Part shown: positions 48,001-59,830 of the stretch, in pieces
Layout of the letters: every line of letters starts with the position of its first letter
Position numbering within the stretch: the first letter of the stretch is position 1
From: Eutreptiella sp. 'Long Island Sound 2002'
Lineage: Eukaryota > Protista > Euglenida
Assembly (NCBI GenBank): GCA_964036045.1
Contig: OZ038379.1
Span: forward strand, 12,524,001 to 12,588,000
Length of the DNA: 64,000 bases
Direction of reading: 5' to 3'
Made by a program: the position numbers and the translations under genes
The notes under the pieces: generated by a model
Told to the model about the DNA's origin: nothing
The model's database searches: none
The model's input: only the letters and a program-made list of their open reading frames with translations

Positions 48001-50672
48001 GCACTGTACATATCGTACATTGGGACCCTTGCCCTGTTGGGCACTGTACATATCGTACATTGGGACCCCCCCTTCTGGGCACTGTACATATCGTACATTG
48101 GAACTCTCCCCTTGGGCACTGTACTTATCGTACATTGGGACCCCCCCCTCTTGGGCACAGTACATATTGTACATTGGGACCCCCCCCCTTGGGCACTGTA
48201 CATATTGTACCTTGGGACCCTCCCCTTGGGCACTGTACATATTGTACATTGGGACCCTCCCCTTGGGCACCATACATATCGTACATTGGGACCCTCCCCT
48301 TGGGCACTGTACATATTGTACATTGGGACCCTCCTCATGGGCCATATACATATCTTACATAGGCACCCCCCCCCTTGGGCACTGTACATATTGTACCTTG
48401 GGACCCTCTTCTTGGGCACTGAACATATTGTACATTGGGACCCTCCCCTTGGGCACTGTACATATCGTACATTGGGACCCTCCCCTTGGGCACTGTACAC
48501 ATTGTACATTGGGACCCTCCCCTTGGGCACTGTACACATTGTACATTGGGACCCTCCCCTTGGGCACTGTACATATCGTACATTGGGACCCCCCCCCCTT
48601 GGGCACTGTATATATTGTACATGGGGACCCTCCTCTTAGGCACTGTACATATCGTACATTGGGACCCCCCCCCCTTGGGCAATGTACATATCGTACATTG
48701 GGACCCTCCCCTTGGGCACTGTACATATCGTACATCGGGACCCTCCCCTTGGGTACTGTACATATCGTACATTGGGACCCTCCCCTTGGGCACTGTACAT
48801 ATTGTACATTGGGACCCTCCCCTTGGGCACTGTACATATTGTACATTGGGACCTCTCCCCTTGGGCAATGTACATATTGTACATTGGGACTCTCCCCTTG
48901 GGCACTGTAGATATCTTACATTGGGACCCCCCCCCCCTTGGGCACTGTACATATCTTACATTGGGACCCTCCCCTTAGGCACTGTACATATCGTACATTG
49001 GGACCCCCCCCCCTTGGGCACTGTAGATATCTTACATTGCCCCCCCCCCTTGGGCACTGTACATATCTTACATTGGGACCCCCCCCCTTGGGCACTGTAC
49101 ATATCGTACATTGGGACCCCCCCCCCTTGGGCACTGTACATATCGTACATTGGGACCCCCCCCCCTTGGGCACTGTACATATTGTACATTGGGACCCTCC
49201 CCTTGGGCACTGTACATATCGTACGTTTGGACTCTCCCCTTGGGCACTGTACATATGGTACATTGGGACCCCACCCCTTGGGCACTGTACATATCGTACA
49301 TTGGGACCCTCCCCTTGGGCACTGTACATATCGTACATTGGGACCCACCCCCTTGGGCACTGTACATATCGTACATTGGGACCACCTCCCCTTGGGCAAT
49401 GTACATATTGTACATTGGGACCCTCCTCTTGGGCACTGTACATATCATACGTGGGGACTCTCCCCTTGGGCAATGTACATATGGTACATTGGGACCCAAC
49501 CCCTTGGGCACTGTACATATCGTACATTGGGACCCCCCCCCCCTTGGGCACTGTACATATCGTACATTGGGACCCCCCCCCCCTTGGGCAATGTACATAT
49601 TGTCCATTGGGACCCTCATCTTGGGCACTGTACATATCGCGCATTGGGACCCTCCCCTTGGGCACTGTACATATTGTACATTGGGACCGTCCACTTGGGC
49701 ACCGTACATATCGTACATCGGGACCCTCCCCCTTTGGCAATGTACATATCGTACATTGGGACCCTCCCCTGGGGCAATGTACATATCGTACATTGGGATC
49801 CTCCCCTTGGGCACTGTACATATCGTACATTGGGACCCTTCCCCTTTGGCAGTGGACATATTGTACATTGGGACCCTCCCCTGGGGCACTGTACATATCG
49901 TACATTGGGATCCTCCCCTTGGGCACTGTACATATTGTACATTGGGACCGTCCGCTTGGGCACTGTACATATCGTACATTGGGACCCTCCCCCTTTGGCA
50001 GTGTACATATCGTACATTGGGACCCTCCCCTGGGGCACTGTATATATCGTACATTGGGATCCTCCCCTTGGGCACTGTACATATCATACATTGGGACCCT
50101 GCCCCTTTGGCAGTGTACATATTGTACATTGGGACCCTCACCTTGGTCACTGTACATATCGTACATTGGGACCGTCCACTTGGGCAATGTACATATCGTA
50201 CATTGGGACCCTCCCCCTTGGGCACTGTACATATCGTACATTGGGACCCTCCCCTTGGGCAATGTACATATTGTACATTGGGACCCCCCCTCCCTTGGGC
50301 GCTATACATATCGTACATCGGGAGCCCCTCCTTGGGTATTGTACATATCGTACATTGGGACCCTCCCCTTGGGCACTGTATATATATCGCACATTGGGAC
50401 CCCCCCCTTGGGCACCGTACACATTGTACATTCGGACCCCCCCCCTTTGGGCACTGTACATATCGTACATTGGGACCCCCCCCTTGGACACTGTACATAT
50501 CGTACATTGGGACCCCCCCCCTTGGGCACTGTACATATCGTACATTGGGACCCCCCCTTTCGTGCACTGTACATATCGTACATGCCCGCCCCCCCTTGGG
50601 CGCTGTACATATCGTACATTTGCACCCTCCCCTTCGGCACTGTACATATCTTACATTGGGACCCCTTCCCCT
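45089..50672. repeat. Minisatellite array, ~37-bp unit TTGGGCACTGTACATATCGTACATTGGGACCCTCCCC, about 150 copies
   Basis: Directly visible; unit length varies 36-41 nt through the poly-C. Diagnostic variant units recur at 45340-46700 and 48900-50670, indicating higher-order duplication. Confidence 0.97.
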
Positions 50673-51053
50673 TCTCCCTCCCCTCTTGTGTCAAACACCT
50701 ATGGCTGTGGGGCCCAGCATATGAGGTCCCTGTTGTACAGTCCAACTTCCCCTCCCTCTCCACCGTTGGATGGTCCAAAGGTTCTACAGTCTGGCACCTG
50801 CTTGGAAGTCAAGAGGCACAGCGATCAGTCGATGAAACGCAAATCCTTAGAATTCACCTGATTCTCCAAGAGGCGGGGCACATTTCACTGTCCATACCAC
50901 GCATTCCTGAAGTCCCCCTCGTTCTGCGAGCACTCACTATCCAGATGCAAGCCGCACTCGACAACAAAAATCTGGGGCGGTGGGCAGAACTAATGCAGGC
51001 CAGGAACCGATATCTACCGATATCTACCCTTCCTGTCCCACCCTGCACTGGCA

Positions 51054-51482
51054 ATGGCCAGGAGACTGAGTCATGTACACCGCTGGTTCATTTCCCTGAC
51101 GCCCCCCCGCAATGTCATCTACCTGGTGTACAATATATGGCTTCAGGTGGTGTACATTGGCCTCACCACAGGGGCCCTGGTTAGCCGGTTGAGGAAACAC
51201 ATGACTGACAGTCTGGCTGACGTGGATTGTGCCACCTTGCACAAACACATGGCGAAAACGGACCTCTCAGGCTGGGGAATTCTTCCACTGCAATGGGTCG
51301 AGGACGACTGGCACGCGAGTGTGCGTGAACGACACTGGTGGTGGATTTTCAGGCGCTGGGCTTGCAACGACGTCCCACCAGGAATTAGTACCCAGGGTGA
51401 GGGATCCAAATCTCGAGGTTGGCTTAACCAAAGAGTGCTGGCGGCTCTGCAGGGTATCCGTGATGCGACTGGCCACGAGTGA
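51054..51482 (+). pseudogene. GIY-YIG endonuclease domain
   Basis: NVIYLVYNIWLQVVYIGLT, SRLRKH (Arg), VRERHW (Glu) and WACND (Asn) appear in canonical order. Confidence 0.8.
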
Positions 51483-52222
51483 AGTTTCTTCAGTCAGAAC
51501 TCCAGGACCTGGCTAACCGTCTCTCTATCCCATTGTATGTCCTTGGTCACATGACCGTACCCAATCTAACCCCAAATCAAAATGCGGCAATTCACAGAGT
51601 TATACGCGCAATGGTGAAATCATGCAACATTGCAGCGTGGGAAAAACAAGCGCTACACAAGGCCGTACGAGTGGTACGCTCCAACCCAGTCACAGTGCGA
51701 AGTCTTTTTGAAAAACAGAGTAGGAAAGGAGACCGAGAGGCCCAAACACCACAATGCTCATGCGCCAGCATCACATCAGAGCACGGCCACGTCATTGAAA
51801 TTGAAGGCCACAAAGCGCTTATCCCTGTGTACGTTCAGGGCCTCGATGCAACTACCCTCCGCCCCAATGACTCCCTACCACTAAAGGGCACTAAAGTCAG
51901 AGCGCGCCTTTTCAAGGACATTACTAAAATAGCAGGACAGATCGGGGCAGAAGTGCCTAACCTCCAGCACATGCTACCCTCAACCCTGTGGTGTGAGTCA
52001 GGGTCCACTGTGCGCCACGTGGAGCAGCAAGCAGCAGCCATCTCTGCCTCCCACTACGTACGAATCGTGGACAAGGGGGTGGGGGTCATGTGGGGATTTT
52101 GCCGTCAGTGGATGTGGGATATACTCGAGGAATTCCTGATCCAGGAAGGGTATACCAGATGCACCCAGTCCCAACAGCACATCACAGCACGGATACTGAA
52201 GATCATACAGTCCAACAGCTAG

Positions 52223-53655
52223 GACAATGACCCAGTTGGGCGCATCGCCTCCCTGTACCTCATCGGCAAAGCAAAAAGTCTGGTTAAACAGAAATGGCTC
52301 TGGAGACCCATCGCCGCACTCCCGAAACCCCTCTTACCAAAAAAGGACCTCACAATCGCAGCCAGAGCCATGACCACATTTCTGAAACTGGTGGCAGAGG
52401 AGACCCCTGGAAACTTCATGGTCCACCCAGTTAATCGCGTGGCTGACTGGTTTCATTGGTTGCATCAGTTGGTTGCTCTTATATTGTTGAACTGGACTGC
52501 AAAGACCAGTTCAACCACGTACCCCCCAGTTGTGTGGAGTCACACATGGCCGAGTCCAGCAAGTGGCTCGCCAAGCGGCGTTGCTGGCGCATGAAAGACA
52601 TCTGCTGGAGTGTCCACAGAGACAGTAAAAAGTTGGACAGGGCAGGGCAGGGGGCCTCAGGAAAATTTTGGTACATCACACACGGGGACCTCAGCAACAA
52701 AATAAATTTCGAGCTACAAAACAACAACTATGTGACCGCGGCAGGGTCCCTGTGGCAAAGGACAGGGTGTATTCCCATGGGCGGGTCATTCTCCGCACAG
52801 GCGGCGGACCTGCACTGCCAGTGGGGGGTGTACATGAACAGGGCGTGCTTCAGAGACCTTGGGGAACTCCGCATCACTGACACAGGTTTCATATACTGGG
52901 ATACCCCCTGGGGAGCACTCACACTGTGCCAATTTCGAGACAACATTCTTATGGCCACAGCCTTTGCCGACACCCCAGCCATCAAAATAGTTAAACGCGT
53001 GTGCCACCTCCTACAGCGATGCTGGAACCTGCGGGTGCTGTGTCCATGTGATACACCGTGTACCCAATCCTGTCTCCAATCCTCCACGACAGCTATGGGT
53101 TTCTGCATGGTATGTTCAACGGATGGGGAACCCACGGCGTACACACATCCGAGTTCGCTGGATAGTGCATGGGATCTAAAAATGGGCCCCCCACTGATGA
53201 CGCCGACCCACGCCTCCCAACAGTACCTGCGGACAGTCCTCACAGGCGTTTTATGTAACTCCCGCCAATGGTGTCGAACCCCCCTTGCACAGCTCTTGAC
53301 GGTGACAGCGTGGGGCCAAGTGTCAATTAAATCGGGCTACAGTCCCAGAGCCCTCAGGCGGGCCATGCACGCTGCGATCATCAGGGGCCTGGCAGCCTCA
53401 GACCACCAACCACAGTTCGTGGTGCGATTCATGCACCACATATCCGAGCTCCTACCCCTTCCACGATGCTGTGCTATCCACAGAGTGCTCCAATGGGTGA
53501 AACGACATGGCCAGTGGGCAGGAGGGGCATATGCCACATGGGTGCTCCCGAAACACCTGGCACAAGTGGGTATCACAGGAGACTGGAGCCACGACTACAC
53601 CCCCCTCCACGATCATTGGGTCTCGGTAAAACAACCGGGACATGTGTGTGTGTGA
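52223..53655 (+). pseudogene. Penelope-type reverse transcriptase domain
   Basis: Motifs ASLYLIGKAK, LWRPIA, ELDCKDQF, TGCIPMGGSFSAQAADL and CQFRDNIL (position of YxDD). Confidence 0.8.
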
Positions 53656-54104
53656 TCGCGCGGTTACGTGTGGTCCATGACCCTGCCTGCATGGCCTCCC
53701 CTGTCTCCCCAGTCTCCCCTGTATGCCTACCTCCCCTCCAAAGACAGTCAATCCAGGGGCATGTAAGTGATGCTGCAAGGTACACAATGTCCTCCCCTCC
53801 TCAGACCTAAAGGTAGTGACGACAGGGAACACTGCAGTGACTCCATGAGAACAGTGGATGAGAAACAATGTGCCCTGTCCCGTTACCTTTCAGAAAGGCG
53901 CCTAGCCTCCATGACAATTTTGTAATTGTGGCCTGACGAGTCGTTTTGATCAGTGCCTGCCTGTCTGCGATCAACAGTGGGTTGGGTTCTCTTGATCACT
54001 GTCACGAAGTGTGTGTGTGTGTGTGTGTGTGTGTGCCTCATCTGATCCCCATGGCCATTTTGTGTGTGTGTGTGTGTGTGGTTGGGTGGTTGCACCTAAC
54101 ACAG

Positions 54105-54188
54105 GTTGATATTTTGGGCAGTCATGAACACGAACTCCTCCAAGGGGTATTTCCTGGTCTGTTGTACAGTGCAGAACTGAATACGGGA
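54105..54188 (+). CDS. Candidate HIRA-like exon (VDILGSHEHELLQGVFPGLLYSAELNTG)
   Basis: CTAAC branch-like motif and ACAG acceptor at 54095-54104, GTAGGT donor at 54189, phase 0 compatible with the next exon. No recognisable motif. Confidence 0.3.
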
Positions 54189-54573
54189 GTAGGTGAGGGC
54201 ACAAGCACATGCTGCGTCGCGCTGAACCCACTGTCCAGAACTGCATTTGCTCTTTCTCTACCAACAGACCGAAAGACGTCTAGGACAGCTCTGCTGTTCC
54301 TGAGGAGTTTTCTTTCACCGCTTTTCTTGCTCTGTTCTTGTTTGCGGTTCTCGTCGTGTGTGTGCCTCATGTCAACCACCAGCCACATGTTTGACACCTG
54401 CCGGCACCTGCCAAAAATTTTGCCGACACCTGCCGACACCTGCCATGGCAGGTGTTAGCTTCAGGTATGGTTCTGCCTGTACGTTCCTTTACCCCGCCTC
54501 CCCAAAACCTCTCCCTTCACCCTGAAGGACCCCCGCATTTCCCGCACTCAATCCAGCCACATCCTTGTCACAG

Positions 54574-54660
54574 GTCCTGACAGACGCTGAGTTCAACAGC
54601 GAACAGACGACCCCTGATGGCCGCAAGCGCCAGCGTATCCAGCCCATCAACCACTTGTCG
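54574..54660 (+). CDS. HIRA: HIRA-like exon containing the HIRA B motif
   Basis: ttgtcacag|VLTDAEFNSEQTTPDGRKRQRIQPINHLS|gtacgt; 87 nt, phase 0. TTPDGRKRQRIQP resembles the HIRA B motif (T.DGRRRI.P). Confidence 0.65.
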
Positions 54661-56659
54661 GTACGTAATCTGCAGCGCCAGGCTGCTTGGGGTTTGGCTG
54701 ATGACGGGCCGAGGGCGGGCAACAACGCCAACAGTGGAGTGCACCCGAGGGGAGGGTGGCCCATGGCGATTGGAGGCTATTGGACAGTGGCAGGAGAGCG
54801 AACTGCCTTGATTCGGGGAATGACTGTGTCTTGGTGATCAACGGCGTCAGCAGGGATCCCATGGCAGTTGGAGGCTGACTGCTCTTGGTTGCAGTTTGTG
54901 CCTGGTGCGGTTTGATGGGACTGGGCAGCGGTTTGGATGGCGTTGTTGCATGGGTTCCGGACACCCATGATGCCCCCCCCCCCCCCTGTTGCAGCAGCAT
55001 TTCCTTGTCTAAGCACACCGATTTATCTCGCTGTTTTCTACCGCAGCTTCTGTATTGGCATGCCAGCTTTTTTTTACACAACTTGGCCTCATTCAGTTTT
55101 CTGTTCCAAATTGCTCTTGTACTCTTTGCGACTCCCTTTTTGGTGATCCTGAATGCACACGACATGGGTGCTGTAAAGCAGCAAGGCAACACGTGGTTAT
55201 GGTACCATGCCTGCTCCCTGCATGTTTTTGTACTGTATGGTACTGAATTGTACGTAAATGTGCACCACGTGCATGGCGCCCTGCATTGAATTGTACTGAC
55301 ACTGCACTATGTATGCCCTGCCCACTTCAAGCTCTCTGAACAGTGCACACTGTTCCCTGTGCGCATGTCATGTTTTCGGGATTTTGTGGGGGAGATATTA
55401 GGCCCCAATTCAGTGCTGTGATGGTGTAGCAGCACCATTTTGAGTATCCTGAATCCGTGGTGAATGTATTAGCGAAAAGTGATTTTAATCTGAAAAAAAA
55501 CCCGGCCCACCTTTCGGTGCACTGTTGACACAGTGGCACCCTCGTAGACTATATTTTTGCTCAGTTTTTCGACATTTGCTCAACTGCTTTACACCCGATG
55601 CATTGCCTCTTGATCCATTGTGGCGGTGTGTAGTGATGGGAAGGCATGTCGCATGGGCATTGATTCACCAAGCAGCAGCAAGCATGTGCCAGATGCTAAA
55701 AAGGCAGAACTCAGCAGGGAGGAATGATGCATGACTTGGCTACTTGACTACTTGACACGTGCAATGGAACCCCACAAACCTTGAGTAAACAAACTCAATG
55801 GCAGCCAAAAAGCGGTGCAGCCAGTTGAGGGTTGGAAAGCCTGTCAAAAGCAGTATTTCTGAAACTGTTTTGGGTCCAGAGACCACCAGGAAATATCAGC
55901 ATCCATTTGGGGCCCAGTAGGACATATCAGCACCCATCCAGAGACCACCAGGAAATATCAGCCTCCATCCAGAGGCCTCCAAGAATAACAACATCACACT
56001 CCTCACTCCCAAATTTTCCCTTCGTTCCTAGGAGGAGGTCGTTTTGGGAATGTAGGGCACCTATGCTATGGTGGGTGCCATATGCATCAAAAGCAGCCAA
56101 ATTGACTGTGTCAGGTCCATTTTCGGCCCACAACGGGACACAAACAGGCCAATGATGGTCATCACAGCCAAGAGACATAGCCTTGAACAGCCATCCTTTC
56201 AGCTATTCCAAGTGGTCTCCATTCACTTCGTGATGCGAATTGGCAACGCATTTTGCAACCCCCCATGCCCCTGATCTCAGCATGGGCCAGGGAGCCAGCT
56301 CACCTGGGTGACTCAATGCCCTTGGGGCAAGTTGTTGCCCGTGAGGTGAATCAAAGCTCCTAGTATGCGTCAACACCCCAGCGGTGAGTTAGTGTCCAGG
56401 TGTCATCTGTAATCTTGAGATCTCGGGTCTTTCACCTCTAGCAGACAGCACTGTGCTTGCATGATGCAAACACTGGGTCTCCCCCCCCTCTGGGCAGGCA
56501 GTCTGGGGCTTAGTGACGTGAACGGAGCAAAAAGGAAAACAGTGCACAAAGGATTGTATTCTCTGGCACCTTTCTCCCAATGCAGCCCCCTCGCGTGTAT
56601 ACTGACAGTCATGCGCACGTTGACGCCCACCTCACGCTTAGGTTTGCCCGCTTCGCCAG
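54661..56659 (+). other. 1999-nt GT-AG intron, copy 2 (in the HIRA-like gene)
   Basis: GTACGT...cttcgccAG directly after the B-motif exon. The downstream frame opens DPGEFPV, with a possible GTAATG donor at 56681. Confidence 0.8.
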
Positions 56660-59085
56660 GACCCTGGAGAGTTCCCAGTGGTAATGGAAGCGATCCCCAG
56701 AGTAGGTTGCACAACCCTCAAGCAAAAGCAAGGGGATTTCGTGGTGTGGACCGCTACAATTCCTTGCGGAGAGGTCACATTGATGGCAGGTATGGCCAAT
56801 GTAAGGGAAAGCTGAAAGTGTGGTCAGGACATTCTTTCAGGGGTCAGTTTACATTGTGTCTGATGGTGTCTGCTAAAGTGTGCATTACCTGCAATCCATG
56901 TGGTGATGCCTGTGATGTTTGTGTGAGGCTGCAGTGAGGGTTGGGCAAAGCTTGGGTGAGGCGATCCAGCACATGCTCCTCTACCCCAACTCCACCTTTC
57001 TGGATATTTTTGAAAGGTACCGCACCGCCGGCACCTAAAATGATTTTTAGTGACGAATGCGCAGGGCCTGGAAATCATAGATCTGAGCCCAGTATTGTAG
57101 TTTTGTTTTCATCTAAAATGTTTGCCCCCTGTATATTTTGCGTTTTGAATTATGGTTTCTGTTTGGTTGCTTGATGCAGTTCCTGGGCCCACGCGTGTTG
57201 TCTGGTTAACTTCAGGATGCCACATGCATACAAAACAGATGTGCTTGCTTCCAAGACCATGCGTGTGCTATGGTTGTGGCGAGTGGAAAATGGTTTCGGG
57301 GCGTATGAGCCCCCCGAAACCCCGTTGGAGGGGGTGGGGGGCTTGGAAACTTATGTCAGGTGGCTTTGGGGCACCTCACACCCGGGGAAGTCATGACCTA
57401 TGCTGCAGCATTCTTTGTATGACATCTCTGATGCCGAGTGTTTCTGCTTGGATTGTGCTGAAATTGCATCGATGCCTCAAGTTGTGTGCGCCATCTTAGA
57501 TATCCCCACTGATGCCACTGCAGGCTGCAGCTCAGCCAAGGACTAGAACAGGGTTAAGTTGTAGCTCAGGCTGCACATTGAAGGATGATGCTGCAATGGG
57601 AGGCTTGGTTGCGACGGTCACTGAGCACCTGGAAATGACTAGCGCCAACGTGTCCTTTGACATAACAACCAGCACCAAAGCTACATGTGTCAAGGTTGGC
57701 CATGGCAGAAGAGCTCCATCTCGGGCGGAGGGGGGGGTTCATATACCCTAAGCAGTTTGCCCCATCCATTGACATTGTACAACACGATGTCGTAAACGGA
57801 GAACAGCGTCCGCGTTGCCGTGCTGGTGTCGTCGTCATCATCGACGCCACTTTTTGTATCGGTCTGCCGCAAACCTCCTGCAGCATCGTCTTCGGCACAA
57901 CGTATCACAAGAGGAGGGGGAAACAACCAGGCGTAAAGCGCAGCGGTCCACACACCCATATGGATAGCATGTTATGATCGTATTTGCGATCTTTGGTGAC
58001 ATATCACTCACTTGTAAGCATGCTTGTCTGCCGGCTGACACTGCATATCCAGCAGTTTGGAGGTGCTTGACAACCCCATTTGAAGCTATTGTGATCCCCC
58101 CCCCCCCCCCGCCGCCCCTGCCCCCCCCCCCCCCCCGCCCCACGCACAAGTTTTGAAAGTCATTTCATGGTAACCAATGCGATGCGTGCTACCGGGGCCT
58201 AGCGCGCATCGATACTGGTGTTTGGGTCATTCTGAGGGTTGCAAACCTCAAAAGTGAGGGGTTGCAGGTGGACCATGTGCCATCAGAATTGGATTTCAAG
58301 CCACGCAGCCCAAGATATGGTCCAATCTTGGTTTGGGGCTAGTGGTGGGCAAAACACACCGTTTTTGCACCATTGGGGCCATTTTCAGGGCAATGGTACA
58401 GAGTTACAAAGGTGAAATAACCTTCCTTGACATGACCAAAGGAAGCCGCTTCGGTAGAGTCAAATAGGGTGCGAAACTCATAAGGAGGGTGCATCTCCTT
58501 TTAATGTCCATAGGCCTATGTACAGAGGTCTGTGGACTTTGAAAGTAAACGTGGAAGACACATAAGGAGGGTGGAAAGCAGCTTTCCCTGTGGTAGTTAC
58601 ATGTAGACCGGGTCAGTTGCCTCCTCCCCTGTGGCGGCAGCCCAACCTGCTTTCCAATAATCAATAATTGGAGGGTAATTTGGCGGCCACCGTGCCACAT
58701 CACACCCCAAGTTTTTAGAGTGAAAAAAAAAGAAATTTACCGAAGGACATGTTTCTTTGGGCCATGTTTTGTACACAAACTGTTCGGTACCACCCCCACC
58801 CCACCCCACGCCCGAAAACACCCTCTTCCAGCACAGGCCTGGCTGTCTGCGCCTGTCTATGAGTACCTGTCCGTGCACATGCATTCCAAAAATCAAATTC
58901 TGTCCCTGTAATTCTGTGCTGTGTTACTGGCGGTGCTGGCAGCTGAATGGAGAATCCAACAATCAAAAGCAGCGCACCCTCGTCACCGTTCCTCCGCGTT
59001 GATATGAGGCAGATTTGTTGTGGATGGTAGACTAAAAATCGGCGAAGGGAATCTCGGAATGGTTGCCCGACTCGTTCCATCCCAG

Positions 59086-59279
59086 GGAATGCAAAGCTCT
59101 TTGTGGCAGTCGCCTGCTCTGACAACCTATTCATCTTGTCTACGCGTGGCGGGCGGCTTCTGCTGCCATGCATCCATTTATCGGCTCCCATCCGTTATAT
59201 GACCTCCGACACTTGGGACAAGCTGTTGATTGTCACGGATGCTGAATGCATCTGCTGGGACATTTCCAGTTTCAAGAAG
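59086..59279 (+). CDS. HIRA: HIRA C-terminal (Hira domain) exon
   Basis: cccag|GNAKLFVAVACSDNLFILSTRGGRLLLPCIHLSAPIRYM....KLLIVTDAECICWDISSFKK|gt matches the HIRA pattern AGN..F.AV.C....V.S..GRRLL..I.L.SP.....LL.VT......WD. The 5' boundary is less certain. Confidence 0.8.
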
Positions 59280-59680
59280 GTGCCTCTGCCCGCATTGATG
59301 GATGGATGGGGTTCTTTGTTGCTGGTGTCACTCTGTGACTGTGTTTGGCTCTGTGTAGCTGTGTGTAGCTGTGTGTGGCTGTGTGTAGCTGTGTTTGGCT
59401 CAGTATGGCTTTGTGTGTCTTTGGGTGGCTCAGTTTGAGTGTGGTCTGTTGGTGATGTGTGTGGATCTGTGCGGCTGTGTTTGGCGCTGTGTGGCTCTCT
59501 GTGGTTCTCCCCAGGAGTTGGTCCATCGATTTTGGGCTATCAACGTTTCACATCGTGCAGTGCAGTTAAGGGATGGCAAGGGTTGACACGAGATGCAGAT
59601 GGCTGGGCGTTTGGTTGTCTGCACATCTGGGGCCTCTACAAAGTACAACGGGGCATAGGGAAATTCATCCAAACCTTCAG

Positions 59681-59830
59681 GAATCAAGACCATGGGCAAA
59701 ACCTGTCAAATTAGGAGTCACTGAAGGCGGCTGCTGTCGACTGCAGATCTCGTCCAAAGAGTCGTACATGTATGATCCAGCGGTTGGGGCGTGGGTTGGT
59801 ACCTCCGAGTTGGATTTCCCCGACGCCCAG
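59681..59830 (+). CDS. HIRA: HIRA C-terminal domain exon
   Basis: ccttcag|ESRPWAKPVKLGVTEGGCCRLQISSKESYMYDPAVGAWVGTSELDFPDAQ|gtgtgg; 150 nt, phase 0. Resembles HIRA ..LT..G.P...LS.G..Y.Y.P....W. Confidence 0.7.

Larger units (their letters stand above)
50673..53655 (+). mobile_element. Decayed Penelope-like retroelement with N-terminal GIY-YIG endonuclease followed by RT (Naiad/Chlamys-type domain order)
   Basis: The GIY-YIG frame (51054-51482) precedes RT frames (51479-53655). Lesions: frameshifts near 51480 and 52460, an in-frame TAG at 52220-52222, and probably one more frameshift near 51050. Confidence 0.75.

Noticed and set aside
45089-50672. CRISPR array interpretation of the 37-bp repeat
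   Set aside because: Units are head-to-tail with no unique spacers, there are no cas genes, and the context is eukaryotic.
45095-50861. Many long ORFs (400-800 aa) on both strands in the satellite
   Set aside because: The 37-bp unit has no stop codon on either strand, so all six frames stay open. These are repeat artefacts, not genes.
51480-51482. Selenocysteine or readthrough at the TGA ending the GIY-YIG frame
   Set aside because: The same frame hits another stop within about 25 codons. The coding sequence continues in a different frame, so this is a frameshift lesion.
53932-53953. Hammerhead ribozyme at CTGACGAGTC
   Set aside because: No GAAA follows stem II and no cleavage triplet or stems I/III could be built.
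42703-56661. 2-kb direct repeats as LTRs or pseudo-LTRs of the enclosed PLE
   Set aside because: No TG...CA ends, PBS, PPT or TSD. The ends coincide with splice sites, and a HIRA exon lies immediately inside the right repeat. Retained only as a weak alternative.
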